Below, one piece after another: positions 18,301-27,010 of a stretch of DNA of 63,069 nucleotides. A program made the translations under genes and the position numbers. This DNA comes from a virus (Duplodnaviria > Caudoviricetes), in the IMG/VR virus record IMGVR_UViG_3300037657_000271, positions 1-63,069 of that record. One strand, written 5' to 3'. The notes under the pieces were generated by a model that did no database searches, had not been told where the DNA came from, and was given only the letters and a program-made list of their open reading frames with translations. The number at the start of each line of letters is the position of its first letter. Within the stretch, counting starts at the first letter, position 1.

Positions 18301-18724
18301 TTTGAACCAGGTGTTTTTGATGGGAAACCTAACCCGGGATCCCGAACTGAAGTACACGCCCCAGGGGACGGCAGTATGTAATTTCTCCCTGGCCGTCAAT
18401 CGGTCCTTCAAAGGAGCGGATGGAAACCAGAAAAAGGAAGTTATCTTCGTCCCCATCGTGATTTGGGGAAAAATCGGAGAAAACTGTTCCAAGTATCTGT
18501 CCAAGGGATCGGCCGCCCACGTCCAAGGTCGGCTTTCAATCCGGGAATATGAAAAGGATGGGCAGAAGCGCCGCATCACGGAAATTATCGCCACCTGGGT
18601 TGAATTTTTAGGATCCCCCCGGCGTGACGATAACGGATCCGGAAACGGAGGATCCAACGGAGATCATTACCAATCCGAAGGCGGCGGTTACGATTCCGGC
18701 CCGGATGATGAGGTTCCATTCTAA
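18293..18724 (+). CDS. ssb: Single-stranded DNA-binding protein
   Basis: LNQVFLMGNLTRDPELKYTPQG; acidic DDEVPF tail. Confidence 0.97.
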   Translation: MPNLNQVFLMGNLTRDPELKYTPQGTAVCNFSLAVNRSFKGADGNQKKEVIFVPIVIWGKIGENCSKYLSKGSAAHVQGRLSIREYEKDGQKRRITEIIATWVEFLGSPRRDDNGSGNGGSNGDHYQSEGGGYDSGPDDEVPF

Positions 18725-19065
18725 TGTCTAACAGCGAACTTGAAGCCGCCATGGAATTTCATATCAGAGCCGTTGGTCTCCCTATGCCGGTACGGGAGTT
18801 TAAATTCTACCCCGGCCGAAATTTTCGTGCCGATTTTGCCTGGCCGGGACAAAAGCTCCTCCTCGAAGTTGAGGGTGGGGGCTTTGTCGAGGGCCGGCAC
18901 AACAGAGGGGTGGGAATGCAGAAGGATTGCGAAAAATACAATTTGGCCGCTCTTGCCGGTTGGATGGTTCTCCGGGTCACCGATCACCACATCAGTACCG
19001 GCAAGGCCATTTCCTGGCTTGAGGAAGCGTTGAAGCTCAAAGGAGAGAACCATGCCAATCAATGA
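18724..19065 (+). CDS. DUF559/Vsr-like endonuclease (possible resolvase)
   Basis: REFKF..RNFRADFAWP..LLLEVEGG..GRH..DCEKYNLAALAGWMVLR. Confidence 0.8.
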   Translation: MSNSELEAAMEFHIRAVGLPMPVREFKFYPGRNFRADFAWPGQKLLLEVEGGGFVEGRHNRGVGMQKDCEKYNLAALAGWMVLRVTDHHISTGKAISWLEEALKLKGENHANQ

Positions 19066-19921
19066 AATCGAAGTTCCGGGAACATCAATCAATTTCCGCA
19101 TATTCAAAACCGGTCCCATGAACTTTAGAGCCGTGGTCAAGAAAATGTTGGCCGAGGAAGAACAGTTCTCCGTGGAACCTGAAAACCCCGGGTATCACGA
19201 TATCGACTTCAACGCCCATGGAATCCGCGGATACTACTCCTTGGTTGAGCCGTTTGAGGTTGAACATCTCGTGGACGGGATCATGACCAAAACCCTTCTG
19301 AAAAAAGTGGAGAGTTGTGAATTCCACATTACTCGTGAGGCCGTGTACGTTACGGGAAAGACGGGACCACAGAAGATTTTTGAGCGAAGTTTGGCCGGGT
19401 TATCCGGATATGGAACCAGCGGAGTAGAGTTTGACTTTCATGAGCTTCAGCAGCTCCAAGAGCGTTTGGCCTTGGTTAAGGGAATCTCCCTGACCAACCC
19501 CCGGACCCACGATGTTCGGAAAGTGAAGTTGTCGGGGAAGATCGAGAGCTATACCGATTGCAACGTCATCGATACTCGAAATCATTTTATTGAGTCCGTG
19601 CAGGGGACCGTAGAAACTCCACTTGGACCCATGACAATTACAGTGGGACGCCGGGGGACTATTCGCCTTGGGGTTCGCCGGGGTTTTATCCTCACCACGG
19701 ATGTCCTGGACTGGATCATGAAGTTGATCCAAAAAGACCAGGTTCCCGATAATGTGTTGCCAGACCACGCCAACGAAGATGAGGACAATGAGGGGGAGGA
19801 ATCCCTTCGCGAAGGTTTGGCCAATTTGAAAAAGCAGGGCGTCACAGTGACGGTGGTCAACGGATCGTTAGGTAAAACCATCTTGCCGACTCAGAAAACC
19901 CAGGATGGAGGACCGTCGTGA
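19052..19921 (+). CDS. Hypothetical phage protein
   Basis: 289-aa ORF with AGGAG RBS. Confidence 0.7.
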   Translation: MPINEIEVPGTSINFRIFKTGPMNFRAVVKKMLAEEEQFSVEPENPGYHDIDFNAHGIRGYYSLVEPFEVEHLVDGIMTKTLLKKVESCEFHITREAVYVTGKTGPQKIFERSLAGLSGYGTSGVEFDFHELQQLQERLALVKGISLTNPRTHDVRKVKLSGKIESYTDCNVIDTRNHFIESVQGTVETPLGPMTITVGRRGTIRLGVRRGFILTTDVLDWIMKLIQKDQVPDNVLPDHANEDEDNEGEESLREGLANLKKQGVTVTVVNGSLGKTILPTQKTQDGGPS

Positions 19922-20427
19922 TCAGCCAAATGACTTTGGTGAATGAGATTTTCCGGTTGCTGGCAAAGCATGGCCACAAGGAATTGAACGTTCGACAGAT
20001 GGACGCGGTGATTGCAGGAGTAAACACGATTTTGAAAGATTTGAAAACCCTATATACCCCGGCCTCACCAGACATAGGGCTCAAGAAATGGCTAGAATCT
20101 GATGATGCTGGACTTTCCAGCAAGTTTATGGCCTGCATCCTTGCCGGTGGGCCCCCCGCGGAAAACAACCATCCTCATGATCCCGACGATTTTGTCAGGT
20201 GTTTGAAATTTCTGCGGGCCGTACCTGATTGCCTGCCGTTGATCACCATGGCCATGTGTGGTCCGGTTTGGGCCGGTCTGGTGGAAAAATGGAATGTGAT
20301 TGCCAGTCTTTTACAAGAAGAAGTGCCGGGGGCTTTACGTGGAAAACCCGGGAAGGCTCCCCGCACCTATGCTCTCATGCAAACTATCATTGCCGAAGGC
20401 CAAGAAAAGGAAGGTCAGAAAAAGTGA
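19918..20427 (+). CDS. Hypothetical phage protein
   Basis: WL..D.GLSS..M..HPHDPDDF.RC pattern typical of small phage proteins. Confidence 0.7.
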   Translation: MISQMTLVNEIFRLLAKHGHKELNVRQMDAVIAGVNTILKDLKTLYTPASPDIGLKKWLESDDAGLSSKFMACILAGGPPAENNHPHDPDDFVRCLKFLRAVPDCLPLITMAMCGPVWAGLVEKWNVIASLLQEEVPGALRGKPGKAPRTYALMQTIIAEGQEKEGQKK

Positions 20428-20870
20428 GCTTAAAAGAAATAATCAACGAAAACATGAAACTCGTGAACTCGGACGAATTCCTTTTGGAACATGCGGAACA
20501 AATCAATCGGCATATTTCCAAGGCGTTTTTTATGCGGGGCGCAAAAGCTACTGAAGAAGCTTTCAACTTTTTGCGTCGGTTTTCCCTGGTTGAAATATTG
20601 GCCGCTCGCGAATTGCTTCTTTCTGAAGCACGGAGACAAACCATTCTTTCCAGTCTGCCACCGGTGCAATTTGATAACCCGGCCGTGTTTACCGAGTCTC
20701 ACGCCGCCGCTATTTTCTCCCTAATTCATTTTGATCCCATTGGGAAGGAAGGTTTTACGCTCATCACTGCCGGCCAAGGTAAGGCCCTTGTGGTGGTGAA
20801 ACAACCCGACCAGGCAATTCCCTCGGCAAAATCCGAGGAATCTCGTCCGGATCAGGACGCGAAAGCATAG
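20424..20870 (+). CDS. Hypothetical phage protein
   Basis: GTGA-coupled ORF. Confidence 0.6.
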   Translation: MSLKEIINENMKLVNSDEFLLEHAEQINRHISKAFFMRGAKATEEAFNFLRRFSLVEILAARELLLSEARRQTILSSLPPVQFDNPAVFTESHAAAIFSLIHFDPIGKEGFTLITAGQGKALVVVKQPDQAIPSAKSEESRPDQDAKA

Positions 20871-20929
20871 AGGGATAGGCCGGGGGCGCAGGGAACTCCC
20901 TCCCCGGAAATCCTGAAAAAGGAGGTTAG

Positions 20930-21751
20930 ATGCAAAAAACCAAGATTGAATGGGCGGATTGTGTTGTAAATCCTGTAGTGGGCTGCACCAAGATTTCCAT
21001 TGGCTGTAAAAATTGTTACGCCGAGAAGATGGCTCATCGTCTGGCTCATAATCCCCTAATCACCGGGTATGAAGATGTGGTAGATGCGGATGGCCGGTGG
21101 ACCGGGAAGGTAACCTTTCGCGAGGGACAACTTCTTCTTCCTGCCAAGCTAAGAAAACCATGTCGAATTTTTGTCTGTTCCATGGGGGATTTATTTCATG
21201 AAAATGTTCACCCCAATTGGATCATGAAGGTTTTGGTCATGGCTGAGAAAAATCCCAAGCACACTTTTCTCATCCTTACCAAAAGACCGGACCGTGCTTT
21301 AACGCAATTCGGAAATTGGGGATTGCTTCCAGAAGTCAACGGTATGACAGGAAGTGGGGAACGGCTTCCGGGAAATATTTGGTTTGGCGTCACCGCCGAG
21401 ACCCAGGAGGAATACAATCGGCGCGTTCCCATCCTCATGCAAATTCCAGCTTCGACTCGTTTTGTGTCCATTGAGCCAATGTTGGGCAAGGTTCGGGTCA
21501 AGGCCTTTTGCCAGCATTGCCAAGGCTTTTTAATCGATTCATTGGGACCGACATGCGGGACTTGTCACAGAGAAACCGTGCTTCCTGATTGGATCATCTG
21601 CGGAGCTGAAACCGGTCCCCGAAAGCGGACGATGCAAACAACCTGGGCTACAGATTTGGAGCATCAATGCAAAAAGGCGGGTATTCCCTTTTTCTTTAAG
21701 AAATTCTCCGATGGACTTCCCGGCGGGATGCCAAGGGAGTTCCCCGAATGA
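20930..21751 (+). CDS. Phage Gp37/Gp68 (DUF5131) family protein
   Basis: TKIEWAD..NPVVGCTKISIGCKNCYAE..IFVCSMGDLFH..LTKRP..FVSIEPMLG..DWIICGAETG. Confidence 0.92.
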   Translation: MQKTKIEWADCVVNPVVGCTKISIGCKNCYAEKMAHRLAHNPLITGYEDVVDADGRWTGKVTFREGQLLLPAKLRKPCRIFVCSMGDLFHENVHPNWIMKVLVMAEKNPKHTFLILTKRPDRALTQFGNWGLLPEVNGMTGSGERLPGNIWFGVTAETQEEYNRRVPILMQIPASTRFVSIEPMLGKVRVKAFCQHCQGFLIDSLGPTCGTCHRETVLPDWIICGAETGPRKRTMQTTWATDLEHQCKKAGIPFFFKKFSDGLPGGMPREFPE

Positions 21752-22143
21752 TTATCCTTATAGATTTCGGTCCTTATGGGAAAACCTTGTTCCTGAAATT
21801 TTTGTCTAAATTAACTTCAATAAAGCTCAAACTCAAGGTGGTCATGGTTCATGCATGCCGGAGTTTTCCGGTGTTTTTGGATGAATCCCAGGTGTTGTTA
21901 GAAGAAGCGAAGGCGTTTCAGGATCGCTTTGCTGAAATCTATGGTGCGCCCGTGGCCCCGTCGGACTTTCCGAGAGACGCTACCGATCTTCGGGAAATGT
22001 TGTGGTTCTGGTTCGCCCCCAAGTTCCCTTGGGAGATTTCCCCTAATGTCCACGCAAAAGGATGGAAACGCTTTCGGATTGCTACCCCGCGAGAGCCGCA
22101 GGCAAAATCAGAGGAGGAATGCCAAGATGATCTGCAAAGCTGA
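21748..22143 (+). CDS. Hypothetical phage protein
   Basis: ATGA-coupled ORF. Confidence 0.5.
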   Translation: MIILIDFGPYGKTLFLKFLSKLTSIKLKLKVVMVHACRSFPVFLDESQVLLEEAKAFQDRFAEIYGAPVAPSDFPRDATDLREMLWFWFAPKFPWEISPNVHAKGWKRFRIATPREPQAKSEEECQDDLQS

Positions 22144-22603
22144 TTTCTCCCCTTGTCGGACCTGGCGGTATTCCTTGCATCGAATCTGGGATGAAAACAA
22201 AGATCTGGTGGCCTTCATCGGGCTTAATCCGTCCACGGCAGATGAAACCCAGGACGATCCAACGGTACGCAGGTGTTGCGGGTTTGTCAAAAAATGGGGC
22301 TTTGGCGGGCTGGTGATGCTCAACTTATTTGCCTTCCGGGCCACTGACCCGAAGCAAATGAAGGCCGCCGCCGATCCTGTTGGTCCGAAAAATGATGAGG
22401 CCCTGGTCTGTTACACGAAAAACCGCTTGGTTGTTTGTGCGTGGGGATGCAACGGCCTGTTCCGCGATCGTCACCGGAAAGTCCTGGATCTCCTGGGGGG
22501 CCGACGAAAACTTCTGTGCCTGGAGCTGACCAAAGATCACCTTCCGAAACATCCCCTCTATCTCCGGGCTGATCTTGTGCCCTTTGCAATGCCCACCGAG
22601 TAG
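22127..22603 (+). CDS. DUF1643 family protein
   Basis: FSPCRTWRYSL.R.W..FIGLNPSTADE..DDPTVRRC..NLFAFRATDP..AWG..PKHPLY. Confidence 0.92.
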   Translation: MICKADFSPCRTWRYSLHRIWDENKDLVAFIGLNPSTADETQDDPTVRRCCGFVKKWGFGGLVMLNLFAFRATDPKQMKAAADPVGPKNDEALVCYTKNRLVVCAWGCNGLFRDRHRKVLDLLGGRRKLLCLELTKDHLPKHPLYLRADLVPFAMPTE

Positions 22604-22614
22604 GAAAATGAAGA

Positions 22615-22848
22615 GTGAAACATACCTGTCGAGGGTGTTTAGGGTGGGAAAGACTCATGGTTAGAGGCCAATGGGTCACCAACTGCCGGGACCGGAATAG
22701 TCCCCATTTTGGAAAATGCCCACCCTTTGCCGCCTGCAGGGAATGGAAACCTAGATTTCAGAAAAAACCGCAACTCCCAAAACATCAACCGATTCAGCGG
22801 GTTTTCTGGCAATTGATGTATCCCCAACCAAAGGAGATCGCTTTGTAA
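22615..22848 (+). CDS. Small Cys-rich hypothetical protein
   Basis: CxxC..C..C pattern; coupled to the rep gene. Confidence 0.55.
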   Translation: MKHTCRGCLGWERLMVRGQWVTNCRDRNSPHFGKCPPFAACREWKPRFQKKPQLPKHQPIQRVFWQLMYPQPKEIAL

Positions 22849-23774
22849 TGCCACGATACAGAACTATCAAACCGGAATTCTGGGATGACCCTTTGGTTGC
22901 GAATCTTCCTCCTTTGGCAAGACTTCTTTTTATTGGTACCTGGAACTTCGCGGATGACTATGGAGTAATCCTCGGGGACCCGGTTTGGCTTCGGTCAAAG
23001 ATCTTCCCCTTCGACGATTCCCTGAGAGGGAAGGAATTCATGGATTTGATTTCCGCCCTTGGGGAGGCCCGGATGTTAATACCTCTGACCTGGAGTGGGA
23101 CGAGCTATTACAAAATCCGCACCTTCCAAGAACACCAGCGAGTCGATAAACCAGGCGAACGATCTATTCCGGAAGATGTTGAAACGGAACTCTTGGCCCG
23201 GGCCGGATACCGGCTTTCCGGTAAATCTCTTGAAAACATTCGTGAACCATTCTTGGAACATTCGGAGAATATTCCAAGAACGTTCGTCGAGGATTCGGCG
23301 AATGATCCAGGAACGTTCGACGAACGTTCTTCGCTAGAGAGGAAGAGAGAGGAAAAGAAAGGAAAAGAAAGGAGAGTAGTAGAAGAAGAAGAAGCCCATC
23401 TACTTCCAGAACTTCCACCACTTCCACCGGATGAACCTACCGCGATTGACGGGACCGTCGATCAGAATGCTCTGGCTGTCGCTCTGGGAGGTTGCGGTTT
23501 CCAGGTGGGACAGGTCGAGGTGATCATTTGGCAAAGCCTCCAAAGTCATGGCTGTTCCCTGGATGATCTGAAAAGCGCAAAGGAGAATTTGTTGAATCGC
23601 AAAAAGCCAATATCTATCACTTCCCTAAGGAATCAACTGCTTCAAAAAAGGATTATCGAAGAAAAGGATTTGCGTTTGGCCCAAGAAAAAAAATCACGCG
23701 ACAAGCCTTTCGACGCAATGGAGTTTTTGAAGACAAGGAGAGCCAAACGAGATGGCCAACCAGAGCACAATTGA
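22848..23774 (+). CDS. Phage replication initiator (lambda O analogue)
   Basis: PRYRTIKPEFWDD..ARLLFIGTWNFADDYG N-domain; internal iterons. Confidence 0.85.
   Translation: MPRYRTIKPEFWDDPLVANLPPLARLLFIGTWNFADDYGVILGDPVWLRSKIFPFDDSLRGKEFMDLISALGEARMLIPLTWSGTSYYKIRTFQEHQRVDKPGERSIPEDVETELLARAGYRLSGKSLENIREPFLEHSENIPRTFVEDSANDPGTFDERSSLERKREEKKGKERRVVEEEEAHLLPELPPLPPDEPTAIDGTVDQNALAVALGGCGFQVGQVEVIIWQSLQSHGCSLDDLKSAKENLLNRKKPISITSLRNQLLQKRIIEEKDLRLAQEKKSRDKPFDAMEFLKTRRAKRDGQPEHN
23232..23394 (+). repeat. Putative replication origin: about 9 iterons plus a purine tract
   Basis: GAAnnTTC-like palindromes at ~11-bp spacing (GAACATTC, GAATATTC, GAACGTTC x3), followed by an A/G-rich tract. Confidence 0.7.
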
Positions 23775-24366
23775 AGATGTTTTTGCCTTGGTGTTTTTCA
23801 AGTTTCCCGGGCGACGTTTTAAAAGCGCCGAAGAAGCTGGGGTGGTTACCCAAATGTGGGAAAAACTATATGCCCCTGTTCCTGACGGAGCCTTGAAGGC
23901 TGCAACTGAACGATTTATTGCCAGGACCGAAAAGATTTTTCCTGACGACGATCCGTTTTCGATGATCCTGAACATGGCTGATCCCCAGCTGCTAGAAACG
24001 GCTGGAGATTGTCAAGAAATCGTGACAACTGCCGTGTCAAGGTTCGGGATGTATCGCGCCGACGAAGCCATGACGTGGATTGAAAGCCGAAGTAAGCTGG
24101 TTGCATCAGCAGTCCGAAGGATAGGATTTCTTGAATACTGCAAATCAGAAGAACCTGAAATCACAAGAGGGCAGTTACGCCGGTACTTTGAGGCGGAAAA
24201 GGCCCGAGCCGAAAGCATGGGATTTATTGTCGAGTCCGCGGCCGACCAATTGAACGCGGGAAGGGTTGATCAGTTGCCCGGTTCAGAATCTTCGAAGGTC
24301 CTTTCGATCGTGGACCGGATTTCCGGGAAATTGACGCTTTCGGGGAAAAAAATGGAGACAGCATGA
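23752..24366 (+). CDS. Putative helicase loader/inhibitor-like replication protein
   Basis: Directly follows rep; W..L...D..LK.A..R.I..T...FP pattern and AV..G..EYC..E.....QL..YF tail. Confidence 0.55.
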   Translation: MANQSTIEDVFALVFFKFPGRRFKSAEEAGVVTQMWEKLYAPVPDGALKAATERFIARTEKIFPDDDPFSMILNMADPQLLETAGDCQEIVTTAVSRFGMYRADEAMTWIESRSKLVASAVRRIGFLEYCKSEEPEITRGQLRRYFEAEKARAESMGFIVESAADQLNAGRVDQLPGSESSKVLSIVDRISGKLTLSGKKMETA

Positions 24367-24791
24367 TTTACGATGAATGCCCATGGGCAAAGATACCCGA
24401 CTTGAAGGATCGAAACAATCCGAAAACAGTTTCCTTTGCACGTCGGGCCTGGGAGCGTGAAAAACAACGAAAAGGTCTTCTGGCGTATTGCGACGAAGAG
24501 ACGTTCGAGGAGTGGCTTGAAAGGCGGCTTGATGGGCTTGACATGGATCGAGTCCAAAGACACTTGGCAAGACGACAGCTTCTAGCCAAAGGATGGAGAG
24601 CTGTACGAGACGGTTTCTTTAAGTTACCCCAGGAAATCAAAATAGCTGTTAAGCAACGTTTTGCCGAATTTATAGGTCCGAAAACGCCTGCAAGTCTCCG
24701 GTATTTGATTAACCAAACGATCCTTGATCAGTTTTGGACGTTCGGGCAAAGCTTTGTCCTTGGTCAACTAGCAGTAATGGATGCCGCATGA
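24363..24791 (+). CDS. Hypothetical phage protein
   Basis: ATGA-coupled ORF. Confidence 0.65.
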   Translation: MIYDECPWAKIPDLKDRNNPKTVSFARRAWEREKQRKGLLAYCDEETFEEWLERRLDGLDMDRVQRHLARRQLLAKGWRAVRDGFFKLPQEIKIAVKQRFAEFIGPKTPASLRYLINQTILDQFWTFGQSFVLGQLAVMDAA

Positions 24792-24967
24792 TTACAAAGC
24801 TAACTGCCTTTATTTATCACTGGAAGGGAGAAAGTGTGATGGATTTCCGCAACGCAAGTTGGTGGGACGTTACCGAACGGCATTACGTTTTTGGGATTTG
24901 TGTTTGGACATCGAAATACCGATCCCGTGACCCCATGCCAGGATGTCCATGGTGGGAGGGAAAATAG
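24788..24967 (+). CDS. Small hypothetical protein
   Basis: ATGA-coupled ORF. Confidence 0.45.
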   Translation: MITKLTAFIYHWKGESVMDFRNASWWDVTERHYVFGICVWTSKYRSRDPMPGCPWWEGK

Positions 24968-24969
24968 GT

Positions 24970-25212
24970 ATGTCAGATTACGAGCACATTTCCCAAAAGA
25001 TTCGAAAAGCCAGAAAGAAGCATGTCTGCATTTGGTGCGGAGATGGAATCATCCCGGGTGAAGAATATGTTGATAGGGTTTATCGCTGGGAGGGGGAATT
25101 CACGGCCGATAAAATGCATCCCGAATGTCACCGGGCGATGCAGGATTCTGATGAAGCCTGCGAGGGTTTTGAGCCCTTTCAACATAAGCGAGGCAGCAAT
25201 GACGAATCATGA
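24970..25212 (+). CDS. Small zinc-binding hypothetical protein
   Basis: KARKKHVCIWCG..I.PGE.Y..HPEC motif. Confidence 0.7.
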   Translation: MSDYEHISQKIRKARKKHVCIWCGDGIIPGEEYVDRVYRWEGEFTADKMHPECHRAMQDSDEACEGFEPFQHKRGSNDES

Positions 25213-25789
25213 AATTCCCCCCAAGGTTATCGATTTAATCAAGAAGATCCGCGAGCTATCTGAGCGCGGGGTTGCTGGTGAAGCTGAAGCAGCAACGCGC
25301 AAATTGAACGAAATCCTGGCCAAATACAAGGTTTCCCTGGACGATATCGCGGCCAAAGCCGTGAAGACGTTCCCTTTTGTATACAAGGGAGAATGGGAGC
25401 GTAAGTTAATTATTCAGTGCTATACCACTTTGAACTATGGGCCGAAAATCTTGGTTTCCAGCTTCCGCCGACATGGCGCAAAGAGGGCCAAAGCCAATGT
25501 CATCGGTTTGGATATGACCACCGAACAATACGTGGATTTGTCCGGAATGATCGACTTTTACAAGGTCACCTGGGCGCTGGAGGTCAAGCGGCTCTTTTCC
25601 GCTTTCATTCACCGACACAACCTGTTTCCACCGGATTCCGAAGCAGATCCAACGCACTGTGATCCCGCCGAATTGTTGAGGGTCATGGCAATAATGCGCG
25701 GTCTTGGGGAGAAGTCATACCAAAAGCCGCTGGCCATGATTGAGCAAGGAAAAGAAAATCTGACCGGGCCGGTGGGCCCGGGGAAATAA
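25199..25789 (+). CDS. DUF2786-like protein
   Basis: IDLIKKIRELSERGVAGEAEAATRKL..KY. Confidence 0.7.
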   Translation: MTNHEIPPKVIDLIKKIRELSERGVAGEAEAATRKLNEILAKYKVSLDDIAAKAVKTFPFVYKGEWERKLIIQCYTTLNYGPKILVSSFRRHGAKRAKANVIGLDMTTEQYVDLSGMIDFYKVTWALEVKRLFSAFIHRHNLFPPDSEADPTHCDPAELLRVMAIMRGLGEKSYQKPLAMIEQGKENLTGPVGPGK

Positions 25790-25824
25790 AAAAAAGAAAA
25801 AGTCATAAAAGGAATCGAAAAATC

Positions 25825-26178
25825 ATGATAACCAAAAAGACTTGTATTGAAATTTGGACTGCCTACAACGAAATTGAGGTTGGGCTTGAAACCCTTGAAA
25901 ATCTTGAAGAGGCGATAAAAGATGGACGGCAACCAGATCTTCGTGATGGATTCGGGCGGGCTTTGTCCTTAATGCTTGGTTATGGCGATCTTTCATCCCG
26001 GAGAAGCTTGTGTAATGTTCGCCCGGAATTAGCGGCTTCAGTTATTCGGGCGCATATTGCAGACCAAAGGCGAAGACTTGTTGAAGCAAACGAACGGGCA
26101 AGAATTGAAATCGACCAAATCAAATGTCAGGAGGAGTCGGGGGAAGAAAATAAAGATGATTGGGTAGCAGTTAAATAG
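25825..26178 (+). CDS. Hypothetical phage protein
   Basis: ORF in operon. Confidence 0.65.
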   Translation: MITKKTCIEIWTAYNEIEVGLETLENLEEAIKDGRQPDLRDGFGRALSLMLGYGDLSSRRSLCNVRPELAASVIRAHIADQRRRLVEANERARIEIDQIKCQEESGEENKDDWVAVK

Positions 26179-26180
26179 CC

Positions 26181-26387
26181 ATGAAAGCAACCAAAAACTG
26201 TTCTTGCTGTGAATACTGGCGTAGCAGAGGCAACAAGAAACCGGGAGTCCTGATTCCCAACGGGACCGGAAAGTGCATTCGCCCAGAGGGTCATTGTAAT
26301 CCCGAGATCGTAAAGGGGAAGATTGGGGAAGGCCTGGTAACCACGAAAATGGTAAAAGAAAGGAAAGAAAAAGTCATTCCGCTCTAA
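26181..26387 (+). CDS. Small Cys-rich hypothetical protein
   Basis: CxxC..C..C. Confidence 0.5.
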   Translation: MKATKNCSCCEYWRSRGNKKPGVLIPNGTGKCIRPEGHCNPEIVKGKIGEGLVTTKMVKERKEKVIPL

Positions 26388-26401
26388 TTGTCCTGGCGGG
26401 T

Positions 26402-26430
26402 TTTCCAAATTTTCCCCCTCTAATGTGAGG
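26402..26430 (+). promoter_or_regulatory. Putative late promoter motif, copy 1 (variant)
   Basis: TTTCCAAA..GTGAGG with 17-nt spacer, upstream of terS. Confidence 0.45.
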
Positions 26431-26437
26431 AGATGTT

Positions 26438-27010
26438 ATGGGAAAAGCCATCGATTGGGAAGGTATTGAGCGGGAATACCGCGCCGGTCAACTCTCCGTT
26501 CGTGAGATTGGGAGGCAATTTGGCATCTCCGAGACCGCGATAAGAAAGAAAGCGGGAAAATCCCGGTGGGAAAGGGATCTTTCCGCGAGAGTCCGGGAAA
26601 AGGTTCGCACTGAACTGGTTCGCAGAGAAGTTCGCAAAGACGCGTCTAATGACCGTGAGATTGTGTCTGAAGCTGCTGCAAGAGTCGTTTCTTTAGTCCT
26701 TGATCATCGAAAAGACATCGCCAAACTCAGGGAGCTTGAGCAAAAGTTTTTGGACGAACTGAACGCCCAGCCGACAAAATTATACCTTACCCAATTTCAG
26801 GGCATTATTGTTGAAAAAGAAGTGGGTTTGACCATTACGGAAAAATCTACGGCTCTTCATAATTTAGCAACGGTCCAAGCTCGCCGGATTCAACTTGAAC
26901 GTCAAGCTTTCAACCTGGAAGACAGGCATGACCCCAACCCGGGGGCTGGTGTGAAGACAAAAGAGGAGCGTGACGCGATTGTCGCGGCGTACTCTATCGC
27001 CGACGATTGA
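26438..27010 (+). CDS. terS: Terminase small subunit
   Basis: DWEGIEREYRAGQLSVREIG..GISETAIRK.A..W.RDL HTH; immediately precedes terL. Confidence 0.85.
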   Translation: MGKAIDWEGIEREYRAGQLSVREIGRQFGISETAIRKKAGKSRWERDLSARVREKVRTELVRREVRKDASNDREIVSEAAARVVSLVLDHRKDIAKLRELEQKFLDELNAQPTKLYLTQFQGIIVEKEVGLTITEKSTALHNLATVQARRIQLERQAFNLEDRHDPNPGAGVKTKEERDAIVAAYSIADD

